Under the pieces are notes generated by a model. That model ran no database searches and was not told the origin of the DNA. It saw nothing but the letters and a program-made list of their open reading frames with translations. The translations under genes and the position numbers were made by a program. A DNA stretch of 64,000 nucleotides, taken from positions 24,501,783-24,565,782 of the forward strand of contig CM119267.1 of the NCBI GenBank assembly GCA_051294375.1, written 5' to 3'. The stretch is from Paraspadella gotoi. Its lineage: Eukaryota > Animalia > Chaetognatha. Positions 1 to 22,552 of the stretch are shown piece after piece (the stretch's first letter is position 1; each line of letters starts with the position of its first letter).

Positions 1-93
1 TCGATCTTGAGATCCAGAAAAATTTGAAACAAAATTGGAGAACGGCATATTTTTTTTTTTTTGAGATCGCGAGAAGTATTAATACATCGGTAA

Positions 94-274
94 AATTTTA
101 CTTTCGCCGACCAGGGTTTTGACGTTTTTTTTAAAAATCCCCTTAAAAATACTTATTTTTTAAAATAATGTACAAAAAGTATTACCTAATTACCCTAACC
201 CAAACTACCCTTAAACCTAAACCACCCCTAAACTACCCTTAACCCCGCTAACCCCGGTCGTCAAAAGTAGAATT
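94..274. mobile_element. Small element with ~25-bp imperfect inverted ends and (CCTAAC)-like internal repeats
   Basis: aattttactttcgccgaccagggtt at the left vs reverse complement of aaccccggtcgtcaaaagtagaatt at the right. Confidence 0.35.
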
Positions 275-1302
275 ATGCCAATACGCGAATACAATTTAAT
301 TGAGATAAAAAAAGAAACGAAGATTGTTTGATCGAATTTTAACTGAAAATTAGGATGAAAACTTTACGATGGGAAAAGATATTTGATCGGATTTCCATCA
401 GTTTTCGGTGCTAATTTTATTTTGGTTTTTCTTGTTTCAAATTAACTTATTAAGAAAAAGGGTCATTCAATTCAACTTCAAAATANNNNNNNNNNNNNNN
501 NNNNNNNNNNGGCCAAATGGAGTACAAATTCAGAAAGCTGAGCTCCTGGCGGATTCCGAAAATGTATTCACTTTAAAACATTTGAGTGCATTCTACCCAT
601 TTTATATCGGTTTTAATTATAATATAAAATAAAAGAAACCTATCTGAAAGTTGCAGGTCAAACGAAAAGGCCAATCCATCTGATATTTTTTATGAATCTT
701 TTTATTACTGAATTAGAAAAATGTATAAGAGAGACATTTTTAAACTTTCAACTTGTATCCTGAAAATGAAACGTTTTTAAAACTTTAAATGCCCTGAATT
801 CTTTTCTAACTGGAACGCCGTTTATCAAAAATGTCTCTCTATTGTACATTTTTTACAAAATGTTTTTTAAGATTGCTAATCAAGATTTTTTTAAATCTCA
901 ATATTATTGCAGTCGTTTAGTGCTGCAACTCTTCAAATTCCAGTGTAGATTCATTGTAGGCTCGAAATTTTCTTTACCATCTATTTAACTGATAGATTTT
1001 GTTGCATGACTGGAAAACACAACAGAGTAACGAGATTTAATTGTTTAATTCTTCCCTTCTAAACTAACCGCATAACCCTTGTTTTTAACTTCTTACTAGA
1101 ATTTTTTTAACAAACAGATTGAAAAACAAATCTTTAAAAAATGTGCTTACCCCATTTAACTTAGACAATTTTGTTATTTTTACCGGATTTCAAAAAAAAA
1201 ATATTTAAAACACAATGTTGACATATAAATAAAATTCTTTTTTTTGGTATTACTGGTGATTCACGATGTATTTCTCGATGTTTTGCTCTAATAATCAATG
1301 AT

Positions 1303-8933
<7,631 letters not shown>

Positions 8934-9047
8934 GGCGGCGTAATAAAGGAAAGCAGAAAGAAAGAAGGAAAGAAGAGAGAAGAGAGAAGAGAGAAGAAAG
9001 AAAGAAAGAAAGGAGAAAGAAGAAAAAAGGAAGGAAAGAAGCAGGAC

Positions 9048-9079
<32 letters not shown>

Positions 9080-10237
9080 AGCCTGACGCCGTTTTGATGC
9101 AGGAGACTGGCGAATTGAAGAGTCGTAAAAAAATTCAAAATCTAAATTTTAATCATTTAAAAAATGCTAAATGTGAAGAATCGTAGTAATGAACGTTACT
9201 TTATGAAAAGGTAGTGTTATAAATTTTGAATAATTAGCAAAACCTATTTTACGCGGAACATTAAATTTAAATAATGAAATTATAAATAAATATATAGTTC
9301 TCAAATAGTTTATTAAGGAAAAAATGGACAGAAGTGAATTTATTTTCTTTCATCAATTGTAGACGAGAATTTTAAATCTGAGATTAAAATTAAGCACAAC
9401 CTATTTTGAAATTTTAAGAATTTCTAAGGATAGTACTGCTTATTGCGAAAAATGAGATGTATAAGATGAATTTTCTTTTTAATAAAAGTACATGGTTAAT
9501 GACTGGCGTTAAGACTTTTCATACTGTAACTTTCACTACACTCTACTTTTATTCAGAGAGTTTATTTATTTTGTTCGGTAGATGTCTTTTGAAAGGCGGA
9601 AATTTAAGTCGTTTCAAAAGACAATTGCGTCGATTTGTGACCAGACTTAAATCAAGCCGTGATTTAATCATTTTAATCGATTCGTGCACTTAGTGAAAAA
9701 GAGAAACAAAATGAATAAAATAATTAATCTATTCTTTGTTGTATTTTGGTTTTTTAGGACAATTTTACTTTTGCATAAAGAGATTAAAAAAAAAAAAGAC
9801 AATTGAGTTATAAACTTCTGTCCCGTTCGATAGATGTCACATTAAGTTGGAGTCAAATGAAAAACAAAAGATTTTGCTCCCGCCGTTCAAAAATGCACAC
9901 CATTTCCACTGGTGGGTTTAAGTCAGACAACTAAGAAAAAAAACCTTCGTATTTTAATGAAATAAAAAGTTTATGATTCGAGTCTTCCCTTCGTCCTACG
10001 GCCTTCGCTCTCGCTTTTGTGATTCGTTTAAAACATCCCGAATTTACAGAGAGTGCAATATCTTTTTTCAAAAATTTTAAAGTTTTAAATTAAAAATCGA
10101 TTGAAGAAAAAGCCTCACGAAAAACTTCCGTTACCGACTCAATTCTAAAACTCCTTTGAGGAACTATAAATGTAAAAATTAACGAAAAAAACTATATCGC
10201 CTTGGTACATCATCGGGACCGATCATAGCGCCGCATC

Positions 10238-13200
10238 ATGGCAGGGAAAGGTGACGACAAAAGAACATCTAAAGGTAAATTAAAGGAAAATTATATTTGT
10301 TTATTATGATCAATTATGTTTATTTCGATTCGAGTTACGTAGAATAATTGTTGTCTTCTTCAAATCTAAATATTTTCAAATAATTCATTCTGTAACTCTT
10401 TCTTTCATGTACAAATTTATTTTATAGATGTTTATTGATTTACGTTTTGTTTTAACTCGCTAGTTTTTGAAGTCATTGATTCATTGGTTCATTCATACAT
10501 TTATTCATTCATTCATTCATTAATTAATTCAATCCCTCATTGATTAATTATTATATTTACCACCGATACATTGGTCTCAGAAACGTTCTTTTCTCTCTCG
10601 GCGGAGATTTTCCCGCCTTTTGTCGTCGCCGGAGCTGGAATGGCGGCGGCGGGATGTCTCCTGGACCGACTTCAGTTCCAACGCGTCTTCAAGGAAATTC
10701 CGGAGATCTTCATCTTGGTTCCGGCCCTGATCGGCCTCAAGGGTGAGACCGGGGTGAGAGGACATGTCATGCAGTTCAGTCAAGGACTTGATCCTGTTTA
10801 TATTTCTTGGCAGGAAACTTGGAAATGACTTTGGCCTCTCGTCTCTCAACTTTGGCCAACGTTGGCCTCTTGGAGTCCAAGAGGCAAAAGTGGGACACAG
10901 CGGTTGGGAACATCGCTCTCACTCAGGTTAGTCTCTCTCCTTCTTTGGTCTTTATTTTGTTTTATTTAAATTTTTTAAAAATTTAATCAATAAAATACTA
11001 TTTAGGCGAAAATCTTGCTTAAAAAAAAATTCAACATTTTTCTAATAGAGATTTCCGTTCGAATCTGACTGCCCAACTTTACAAACAAGCCTGCAAGAAA
11101 TTCCGGTAGAAAACAGTTGTAAAAACACCCGATTCCGACAGCTTTGCATCTCAAGAGCTCGTTCCTTTCTTCTTGTGGCATTTGATAAAGATTTTACTAT
11201 CAAATAAGCCAGGGGAAATGAACTACTCATCTCCGGAGGATTTTCAAAACTCATTTTTACTATAGAAATGAAAGGGAAATTTCACTTTTTTAAAATTACA
11301 AACGGGATTAGGGTATGTTAGCATTATAAATAGTACTTCGAATTATGAGATTCCAAAAGCCTTGTGTCCCTAGAGCTCGTTCTATTTTTCTTTTTATTAT
11401 TGACCAATTTTTTCATATTAAACCAACATGGTAAAGTGAATTGGTCCAGTTTTCATCGCGAAATTTTTATTTAAAAAGAAATTAAAAGGAAGGTTAAGAT
11501 AAAAAACTTATTTTTCCTAATATCTTTTGGAGGAACAAAGATAAATGGTTGGCAATAGTACCAAAATGAAGCCATAATCATAGGGCACATTCAAGATACA
11601 ATTTTAGAATTATTTTTGCTGAAATCTCTTTACAGGGTGAGTGTCAAACTAAGTCAAAATTATAATTAATTTTAAAACTAATGACACCCCATAAGAATAA
11701 ATAAAAATTCAATTCTTTTTACTGATTCTGAAAGAAAAAAAGCTAAATTGTACTCTAGTAAANNNNNNNNNNNNNNNNNNNNNNNNNNNNNNNNNNNNNN
11801 NNNNNNNNNNNNNNNNNNNNNNNNNNNNNNNNNNNNNNNNNNNNNNNNNNNNNNNNNNNNNNNNNNNNNNNNNNNNNNNNNNNNNNNNNNNNNNNNNNNN
11901 NNNNNNNNNNNNNNNNNNNNNNNNNNNNNNNNNNNNNNNNNNNNNNNNNNNNNNNNNNNNNNNNNNNNNNNNNNNNNNNNNNNNNNNNNNNNNNNNNNNN
12001 NNNNNNNNNNNNNNNNNNNNNNNNNNNNNNNNNNNNNNNNNNNNNNNNNNNNNNNNNNNNNNNNNNNNNNNNNNNNNNNNNNNNNNNNNNNNNNNNNNNN
12101 NNNNNNNNNNNNNNNNNNNNNNNNNNNNNNNNNNNNNNNNNNNNNNNNNNNNNNNNNNNNNNNNNNNNNNNNNNNNNNNNNNNNNNNNNNNNNNNNNNNN
12201 NNNNNNNNNNNNNNNNNNNNNNNNNNNNNNNNNNNNNNNNNNNNNNNNNNNNNNNNNNNNNNNNNNNNNNNNNNNNNNNNNNNNNNNNNNNNNNNNNNNN
12301 NNNNNNNNNNNNNNNNNNNNNNNNNNNNNNNNNNNNNNNNNNNNNNNNNNNNNNNNNNNNNNNNNNNNNNNNNNNNNNNNNNNNNNNNNNNNNNNNNNNN
12401 NNNNNNNNNNNNNNNNNNNNNNNNNNNNNNNNNNNNNNNNNATATTACGCATTGTTATGCTGAATGACCTTTCCTCTTAAGGAACAAAAAATTAACTAGC
12501 GGAATTAAAGTTTGTAAGAGGAAGTCAGAATCGGCGAAAATCTTAAAAGGCGAGAATGTTGAAAAAAGGGAGAGGAATTTTGGTTGTTTTTGGTCGATTT
12601 CTTCTAAACCCATGGGCCAATTTAGATGTAACTTAAGATTTACATTATTCCAGTCATTCTCTATCCAAAAATATAAAAATATTAGGAAAAAAGGTTTGGG
12701 ATCGAGTTTCGGAATTCGGTTCTATACTATTTTTTTGTTTCGGTAACTTTTTTTCATATGTTCTTATTACCTTTCCTTTCCTCCCTGTCTTTCCTCTCTC
12801 TATCCTTTCCCCCCTCTTTCTTCCCTCTCTTTCCTTTTCTCTCTTTCTTTCCTCCCTCTCTTTCCTTTCCTATCTTTCTTTCCTTTCCCCCTCTTTCCTC
12901 CCCTGCTCTTTCCTTTCTCTCTTTCTTCCTCCCTCTCTTTCCTTTCCTATTTTCCCCCTATTTTCCTCCCTCTCTTTGTCCTTTCCTACCTTTCGTTTCC
13001 TCCCTCTCTTTCCTTTCTTATCCTTTCCCCCCTCTTTCCTCCCTCTCTTTCCTTTCCTCCCTTTCCTTTCCAGGTCCAATCGATCGTCGTTGGTCTCCTC
13101 GCCTCCTTCGTCGCGATCCTCCTCGGCTGGGGACCTCTCATATTCTCCTTCACCTCTTCCTCCGCCGACGCAGCGGCTGAGGGAGTGGCGGCCAAAGCGA

Positions 13201-13970
13201 TGCTGCTCTGCGGCGCCGCCGTCGTCACGGCGGCGCTGACGTCGTTCGTCTTGGGTGAACCGATCCCCTTTTGTATATATCCCTCCGCTTTTTGTTTATT
13301 GATGAATTTAATTGTTTGTTTGTTTTGAAATGCTTGTTCTCTCTGTAAGTCTGCATATTCTGTATATCCCAGTATGAAAGGAGATTATCCCCTTGATACG
13401 TGCGTCTCCTTCCGATAAGGTCCCCACCACTCTGGTTATGAACATGAATGAAAGAGACCGAATTTTATTTTCTTTTCTTTTCTTTTCTTTTCTTTTATAT
13501 TTTTTTCCTTTCTTTTCTTTTCTTTCTTTTTCGTTTCTTTTCTTTTTTTTCCTATATTTTTTTTTCTTTTTTTTTTCCATTTTTTTGGTTTCTTTACTTT
13601 CTTCTTTTATCCTATGTACATTTATATATCGTTGGGGTTTTATCTCAGTCTTGTGTCCCGTTCTCTATTCCTTATTCTATTCCTTTTTCTCTTTAATCCA
13701 TAATCTCTTTTTTCTTTTTCTTTTTATTTTCCTTTTTTTAAATTTCCTCCACTTTCCTCCTTTTCTCTCTTCTCTATCGTCATTTTATTTCACTCTTTCT
13801 TTTAGAATTCTACCTCTTTCCTTTTTTCTCTTTCCTCTCTTTTTCTTTTCTTTCCTTTTTTCCATTTCTTTCCTTCTTTTCTCCTGAACTCTGGGTACCT
13901 TTTCTCTTTTCCGCCGACGAATAATGATCCTGGGACGGAAGGCGGCCGATTGGAATACAAACTATGGGGC

Positions 13971-14008
<38 letters not shown>

Positions 14009-17000
14009 NNNNNNNNNNNNNNNNNNNNNNNNNAGAGAGAGAGAGAGAGAGAGAGAAGAGAGAGAGAGATGAGAGAGAGAGAGAGAATGAGGGGCATAGT
14101 CAATAAAATTTCCCAACTCCCCCTGCCCCTTCCCTCCTCCTCCTCCTCCTCCTCCAGGCCTCCTCATGATCGGCGTCGTCTTCGTCTCTTGCGTCGTGGG
14201 CGTCGACCCCGACAACGTGGCCACGCCCATCGCCGCCGCTTTGGAGATTTGACGACGCTCGCCATCTGGCCGAAGTGGCGAGGAGATTTTGGGAGAAGAG
14301 GAGAGGTTAAGCGTGGGGGGGAATGGGGAGGAGAGAGAGAATAGAGGGGGAGGATAGGGAGAGGATGAGGGGAGGAGATGTGGGGAGGATAGGAAGAAGG
14401 GAGGATAGAGATGAAGGGGAGTATAGGGAGAGAGGAGGGGAGGATTGGGAGAAAAGGAGGGGGAAGCAATGAGGGGGATGATAGGGGGAAGAAATATAGA
14501 AGAGGAGGATTGGGAAGTCAGAGAAGAAGAGAAAGGTTAGAAAGGAGAGAGGAAGTATTTAGGAGGGAGGAGCAAGAGGAAGAGGAAGAGGAAGATGAGT
14601 TAAGGAGAGGAAGAAGAGAGACACGCACTGCATCGGAATCCTTTTAGGATTTCCTGAAGGCGGCGCTAGCAGTCACTTAGATTTGAAGTTTTTTCTGTCT
14701 AACAAATGAGCAACCAACTACAAGCAAATTTTATACATTTTTAACGTAAGTGGGACAGACCGACGGGACTGCGACCGGGACAGACCGACGGACTGACGAC
14801 GGACAGACCGACGGACAGACCGACGGACGGACCGACGGACGGACCGACGGACAGACCGACGGACGACCGACGGACTGACGAGGACTGACCGACGGACAGA
14901 CCGACGGACTGACCGACGGACGGACCGACAGAAAAGTGACTTATAGAGTTGCTCCGCGAGTATTCGCGGCGCAACTAATAATAGGTAAATAAAGGAGATA
15001 AGAATTTAGTTCCTCTCCTCCTTTTCCCTCCCTCTCCATCTCTCACTCCCCTCTCTCTATCCCCCCTCTCTGCTCCTCTCTCACTCCCTCTCTGGCTCCC
15101 ATCCCTCCAGTCCTCCTTTTCAGCGCCATCTTGCTCCTCTTCCTCTTCCTCCTCGTGGCGCCCATCTGCGTGCCATCTGTCGTCGCAATCATTGGTGGCG
15201 CGATTTTGGCCTCCGGGTGGGCGCCGGTCATCAGCGCAATGGGCATCAGCAGCTTGGGAGGTGAAGGGACTTGAGTTTTCGTTGGACGATCGATCGACAA
15301 AAGAATTGATTGATGGAATTCGAGTTACAAGCGAACTGATGATGTTTCAGACTATCTTTCAGACTATCTGTCAGATGGTATTTTGACTGTCTGTTAGACG
15401 ATCTGTTAGACAGTCTGTCAGATTATCTGTTAAATTATCTGTTAAACTATCTGTCAGACTGTCTGTCAGACGGTTTTTTTACCGTCTATTAGACGTCTGT
15501 GAGACAGTCAGATTATCTGTTAAATTATCTGTTAGACTGTCTTTCAGATGGTCTTTCAGACGGTCTGTTAGATGGTCTGTTAGACGGTCTGTTAGATGGG
15601 CTGTTAGACAGTCTATCAGATTATCTGTTAAATTATCTGTGCAGACTATCTGTTAGGACTATCTGTTAGAATATCTATCAGGCTGTCGACAGTTAAATCG
15701 AACGATTCACTTGTTATTATGAAATTTTGGATCACGAGGATTTTTCTCCATCAATCAATCACACCCGCTTAACCGAAAAACCCTTCAACCAATCAACATT
15801 CAACCCATCAATCGTTGAACTACTAAACCAATCAATCGTTCAACCAATCATATTCTTCATCCAATCAGGTTTGATTCTCAACCGCGTCGTCCCATCTACT
15901 CGAGCATCGCCGCTTTTCAACCAATTATCAAACGCGTCGGGGAAACCCTCGTCGGGTCATGGCGTCCAGGTTACGGGGGGGGCTTGGCGTCGGTGTTGGG
16001 GCTTTTGGAAATGATGATCGTCACTTTGTTGGTCAAATATCGTCACTCGTAAAAATTGTCATATTGACGTTCTACCTTTTTTCGTTGGTTTGAAAATTGA
16101 GATGAAATTTTTTTCTTTTGTTTTCACAACGAAATATTCCACTGATAAAAGTCTGATAATAATCCAAATCCCTAATCCAAAAAACTTTTTCACTAACCCT
16201 AACTATTTTTACCAAATCTATAACCTAATCCCGAACCCCTATCCTAAACCCCTAAACCTAATTTCTTAACTTAAAAAACTGAATTCAAGCTTAAATGAGG
16301 CACTTTTGGTAAATATGGCCCCACGATATTTCCTTCCCCTCGAGATCTCCACGGATCTCCATCGCGAGAAGAAAACTTCAGATGATGAAGAGGAGGAGGA
16401 ATACTCCTCCCCTTCTTCCTCTTTCCTCCGTCCCTTCCTCTCCGCCTTTCTCGGTTCCTCCGTCACTCCCTCTGCGCACGCGTTCTCCTCGCTCTCGTCC
16501 TCCCGCGGTAAAGTTTCGATAGAGTGATACCGTGATGCAGAAGCGATTACGGTATCTTGATACTCTCCATTTTTTATTCATTGATCTTGGAAATCTTTTG
16601 CAATTTTGTCCTATATTTCTGTTTTAATGTATTTATTATAATTTATTATATTATAATTTATTATAATTTAGGTCATCTCCTCTTTCTCTTCGCCCTCATC
16701 TCTTTCAACGCGAATGAACGAATTTTAAACTTTGCGTTTCTCTTCGCTTATTTGATGCGGCGCACGTGCAGGTAATAAGATGATGTTACGTGTGAGAACG
16801 TGCGTTTGTATGCGTGTGCATGCGGGATCTGTGTTGGCTTCGTGTTCCTTTGTTTGCGGGTACGCTCGTGAGCCTTTATACGTGCCTTAATTTGGATTCA
16901 TTGCCTTTAGCTGCCTTTGTTTTACCGCGTTAACTAGCGAACAGACTTGATAATGGAAGATCAAAAAGTTTATATTCTTGTTTAAAAATCCGTCATTAGA

Positions 17001-17439
17001 CCCGTTAAATATTTATAAAACTATTATTTTATGCCTTTAATTTATGAAAAATTGCAAAATTATAACTATGTATACTTTCTTTTTGTCACCTTTTCATAAG
17101 GGATCCAAATATGTTAGAAAATTTTAACACTTGATTTTAAAGTGTTGACTATTTATTATAGTAGCACTATAATTACTACTTGTTTTATTAAAAAGATATC
17201 TTTAAGATTCATATATTTTATTCTCATCATGCTACTTCATTCCTCACCCCGTCTCTCCTTCTCCCAGGTTGTTCTTTTGTTGACGATCGCCCTCTGGCTC
17301 GTGCGGTGGCTCTGGCGGCGCGGCATCGATCCGGACGACGCCGCCATCCCTTATTTGACGTCATTGGGCGACCTCTTTGGGACGGCGTGTTGGCGGCGGC
17401 GTTCGTTGCGCTCGACGCCGTGGTGTCGCTGTGAGTTGA
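10238..17439 (+). CDS. SLC41A: SLC41 family (MgtE-like) Mg2+ transporter, 10 exons: 10238-10274, 10581-10742, 10814-10926, 13074-13254, 14158-14305, 15124-15260, 15869-15969, ~16344-16508, 16672-16771, 17268-17439
   Basis: Signature motifs [80 protein letters not shown]; GT-AG sites; exons 5-10 carry scattered indels that differ between the two duplicate copies. Confidence 0.92.
14650..14978 (-). mobile_element. HINE/DINE-1-like element, family B (also ~19730-20062 and a fuller copy at ~42390-42640)
   Basis: Minus strand: agttgcgccgcg hairpin, ctataagtcac core, GTCG/GTCY microsatellite; matching subTIR gttgcgccgc at ~42415. Confidence 0.6.
15345..15690. repeat. 12-bp intronic minisatellite (ctgttagactat-like); duplicate at ~20435-20790
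   Basis: Directly visible periodicity. Confidence 0.8.
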
Positions 17440-19231
17440 TCTCGAACAAAAGAGCATCGATGATCGATCGATTCGGCGACGAAGGATCGACGGATAGAAA
17501 AGAAAATATCATCGTTTGAATATATTAAGAATAATTAGTAATTTTCACTGTTCAGCGCTAAATTAAAACAATTATGGGAATCTACATTTTATTTATTTGA
17601 ACATAGTAATTTTATAATCTACCTAAGCTACTTACCAACATTGTATTATTACATAAATAAAACCGAAGTGCCCTCATATAATTTTCTGTTTGTTTACATT
17701 ATTTTTTATTAACCCCTTTTTTCCTCGGTTATGACATACAAGCCCTCGATTGATTTGCTGTTTATTGCGAATATACCACTAAGTCTTGTAATTGTTTGAT
17801 TATTTATATCATCACAAAAGAAACCCCTTAAATTTAATGATAATTAGGTGACAAATTAAAAAAGTTAGTTTGTGGTCACGTGATGAGAAATTATAATTCG
17901 GACAGAAATCATCATCACGCGGAACGTAAATAGTCTAATTAACCAAATATAAATAACTTTATGCTGTAGAGAATGAATCTTTCAGTCCTAAGGAGGTTGT
18001 ATTATGTAATAAAACTTATTTGTAACCTCTAAAAAAACTATAATTGCCAACAAATTACATCATTTCTATATCTTTACATGTATGTTTTCCATCATGGTAC
18101 AAGAAAAACCCTCGGCTCAGCCACTTGGGGAGACGAAAAGCACAATACTATAAAAAGTAGGGTTTAAGACGACGTGCGAACCACGGCTTTCCTTGCTAAC
18201 CACCGATTTTACCAACATGTCAATAAGCTCTGCGTAAACAAATTGACGTTTTAATTGACATATTATGAAATACCATAATTTAATCAATAACAAAAAACGC
18301 TGGCTCAGGTTCTGGGACTCTTTGATGGTACACCGCTTTCCCTTTCCAATCCCACGCAACTTTCTGTCGAACCGTTCATCCTGGAAAGCGTTAAGGCGCC
18401 CTCGCGGTTAATTGTTTCGACAGAGATGTGTGGAAACATCGCTGCGAACGATTCTTATCGATGAGCCGCCAGATGGAATCGCGTCTCATCGACGTTTGGA
18501 CGGCGGCGGATATCTCCGATGGTGGCGGAGGATTCCGGGGTGGGATTGGCAACCCTCCATGCCTGGCCACGCTCTCCCATGAAGGCTGGGATCACAGCCG
18601 GGGAGCCAACTCCCGCCGAGGGAGAATATCTCTTAAATGAGAGAGTCAATTTACGGACCGGCATAAAACTCGTACTGTGTAAAAGAAAAAATATAAAATG
18701 AAATCTAATATATTGAATATAATAAATTAATTTATCTCAATTGTACTGATTGCTAAATTTCTTAATGAAAAGTTCAGACGCGAGAGCTTTGAAATATCCT
18801 ACTAAGTATCTTTTATATCTTATCAATTTGTCTAGCTCACTTTCATAATATCTAATTATTATCTATCTCTCCTTTTTGTATATTATTATATGATTACTCA
18901 ACACGTTACAAATTTTCAATTTTGCACTATGATATATTACAGCAAATTGAAACTGATTATAAATATAATAATATTGTTGTTGAAACGAATAAAGTAATAA
19001 ACCGGAAAGTCAAATGTTTTTTTTTTATCATTAAATAGCTGATAATAATTTGATTTTGCACCAATTGATAAAACATAGCAATTAATATTATTTTAATAAA
19101 GGTACCAAAGCAGTGAAGGTTTTCTTTGTTTGTTTTTTTTTGCATTAATGAGGGATAGATTCTACCGCAAATTTGGTTTCGTACTTTTTGCGTACCCTGC
19201 CCCTTCCTCCTCCTCCTCCTCCTCCCTCCAG

Positions 19232-22200
19232 GCCTCCTCATGATCGGCGTCGTCTTCGTCTCTCGCGTCGTCGGCGTCGACCCCGACAACGTGGCCACGC
19301 CCATCGCCGCCGCTTTGGGAGATTTGACGACGCTCGGCCATCTGGCCGAAGTGGCGAGGAGATTTTTGGGAGAAGAGGAGAGGTTAAGCGTGGGGGGGAA
19401 TGGGGAGGAGAGAGAGAATAGAGGGGGAGGATAGGGAGAGGATGAGGGGAGGAGATGTGGGGAGGATAGGAAGAAGGGAGGATAGAGATGAAGGGGAGTA
19501 TAGGGAGAGAGGAGGGGAGGATTGGGAGAAAAGGAGGGGGAAGCAATGAGGGGGATGATAGGGGGAAGAAATATAGAAGAGGAGGATTGGGAAGTCAGAG
19601 AGAAGAGAAAGGTTAGAAAGGAGAGAGGGAAGTATTTAGGAGGGAGGAGCAAGAGGGAAGAGGAAGAGGAAGATGAGTTAAGGAGGAAGGAAGAAGAGAG
19701 ACACGCACTGCATCGGAATCCTTTTAGGATTTCCTGAAGGCGGCGCTAGCAGTCACTTAGATTTGAAGTTTTTTCTGTCTTAACAAATGAGCAACCAACT
19801 ACAAGCAAATTTTATACATTTTTAACGTAAGTGGGACAGACCGACGGACTGACCGACGGACAGACCGACGGACTGACCGACGGACAGACCGACGGACAGA
19901 CCGACGGACGGACCGACGGACGGACCGACGGACAGACCGACGGACTGACCGACGGACTGACCGATGGACTGACCGACGGACAGACCGACGGACTGACCGA
20001 CGGACGGACCGACAGAAAAGTGACTTATAGAGTTGCTCCGCGAGTATTCGCGGCGCAACTAATAATAGGTAAATAAAGGAGATAAGAATTTAGTTCCTCT
20101 CCTCCTTTTCCCCTCCCTCTCCATCTCTCACTCCCCTCTCTCTATCCCCCCTCTCTGCTCCTCTCTCACTCCCTCTCTGGCTCCCATCCCTCCAGTCCTC
20201 CTTTTCAGCGCCATCTTGCCTCCTCTTCCTCTTCCTCCTCGTGGCGCCCATCTGCGTCGCCATCTGTCGTCGCAATCCATTGGTGGCGCCGATTTTGGCC
20301 TCCGGGTGGACGCCGGTCATCAGCGCAATGGGCATCAGCAGCTTGGGAGGTGAAGGGACTTGAGTTTTCGTTGGACGATCGATCGACAAAAGAATTGATT
20401 GATGGATTCGAGTTACAAGCGAAACTGATGATGTTTCAGACTATCTTTCAGACTATCTTTTCAGACTATCTGTCAGATGGTATTTTGACTGTCTGTTAGA
20501 CGATCTGTTAGACAGTCTGTCAGATTATCTGTTAAATTATCTGTTAAACTATCTGTCAGACTGTCTGTCAGACGGTTTTTTTACCGTCTATTAGACGTCT
20601 GTGAGACAGTCAGATTATCTGTTAAATTATCTGTTCAGACTGTCTTTCAGATGGTCTTTCAGACGGTCTGTTAGATGGTCCTGTTAGACGGTCTGTTAGA
20701 TGGGCTGTTAGACAGTCTATCAGATTATCTGTTAAATTATCTGTGAGACTATCTGTTAGACTATCTGTTAGAATATCTATCAGGCTGTCGACAGTTAAAT
20801 CGAACGATTCACTTGTTATTATGAAATTTTGGATCACGAGGATTTTTCTCCATCAATCAATCACACCCGCTTAACCGAAAAAACCCTTCAACCAATCAAC
20901 ATTCAACCCATCAATCGTTGAACTACTAAACCAATCAAATCGTTCAACCAATCATATTCTTCATCCAATCAGGTTTGATTCTCAACGCGTCGTTCCCATC
21001 TACTCGAGCATCGCCGCTTTTCAACCAATTATCAACGGCGTCGGGGGAAACCTCGTCGGCGTCATGGCGTCCAGGTTACGAGGGGGGGCTTGGCGTCGGT
21101 GTTTGGGGCTTTGGAAATGATGATCGTCACTTTGTTGGTCAAATATCGTCACTCGTAATAAATTGTCATATTGACGTTCTACCTTTTTTCGTTGGTTTGA
21201 AAATTGAGATGAAATTTTTTTCTTTTGTTTTCACAACGAAATATTCCACTGATAAAAGTCTGATAATAATCCAAATCCCTAATCCAAAAACTTTTTCACT
21301 AACCCTAATATTTTACCAAATCTATAACCCTAATCCCGAACCCCTATCCTAAACCCCTAACCTAATTTCTTAACTTAAAAAACTGAATTCAAGCTTAAAT
21401 GAGGCACTTTTGGTAAATATGGCCCACGATATTTCCTTCCCCTCAGAATCTCCACGGATCTCCATCGCGAGAAGAAAACTTCAGATGATGAAGAGGAGGA
21501 GGAATACTCCTCCCCTTCTTCCTCTTTCCTCCGTCCCTTCCTCTCCGCCTTTCTCGGTTCCTCCCGTCACTCCCTCTGCGCACGCGTTCTCCTCGCTCTC
21601 GTCCTCCCGGGTAAAGTTTCGATAGAGTGATACCGTGATGCAGAAGCGATTACGGTATCTTGATACTCTCCATTTTTTATTCATTGATCTTGGAAATCTT
21701 TTGCAATTTTTGTCCTATATTTCTGTTTTAATGTATTTATTATAATTTATTATATTATAATTTATTATAATTTAGGTCATCTCCTCTTTCTCTTCGCCCT
21801 TCATCTTTTCAACGCGAATGAACGAAATTTAAACTTTGCGTTTCTCTTCGCTTATTTGATGGCGGCGCACGTGCAGGTAATAAGATGATGTTACGTGTGA
21901 GAACGTGCGTTTGTATGCGTGTGCATGCGGGGATCTGTGTTGGCCTTCGTGTTCCTTTGTTTGCGGGTACGCTCGTGAGCCTTTATACGTGCCTTAATTT
22001 GGATTCATTTGCCTTTAGCTGCCTTTGTTTTACCGCGTTAACTAGCGAACAGACTTGATAATGGAAGATCAAAAAAGTTTATATTCTTGTTTAAAAAATC
22101 CGTCATTAGACCCGTTAAATATTTATAAAACTATTATTTTATGCCTTTAATTTATGAAAAATTGCAAAATTATAACTATGTATACTTTCTTTTGTCACCT

Positions 22201-22552
22201 TTTCATAAGGGATCCAAATATGTTAGAAAAATTTTAACACTTGATTTTAAAGTGTTGACTATTTATTATAGTAGCACTATAATACTACTTGTTTGTTAAA
22301 AAGATATCTTTAAGGATTCATATATTTTTATTCTCATCATGCTACTTCATTCCTCACCCCGTCTTCTCCTTCTCCCAGGTTGTTCTTTTGTTGACGATCG
22401 CCCTCTGGCTCGTGCGGTGGCTCTGGCGGCGCGGCATCGATCCGGACGACGCCGCCATCCCTTATTTGACGTCATTGGGCGACCTCTTTGGGACGGCGCT
22501 GTTGGCGGCGGCGTTCGTTGCGCTCGACGCCGTTGGTGTCGCTGTGAGTTGA
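19232..22552 (+). CDS. SLC41A: Second copy of SLC41 exons 5-10 (19232-19382, 20209-20349, 20973-21074, 21447-21610, 21776-21876, 22379-22552)
   Basis: Same exons as 14158-17439; exons 5 and 10 are in frame here; probably an assembly or haplotype duplicate. Confidence 0.7.

Noticed and set aside
11709-12467. Poly-X ORFs (also 49100-49714 and 40234-40540)
   Set aside because: They span N gaps
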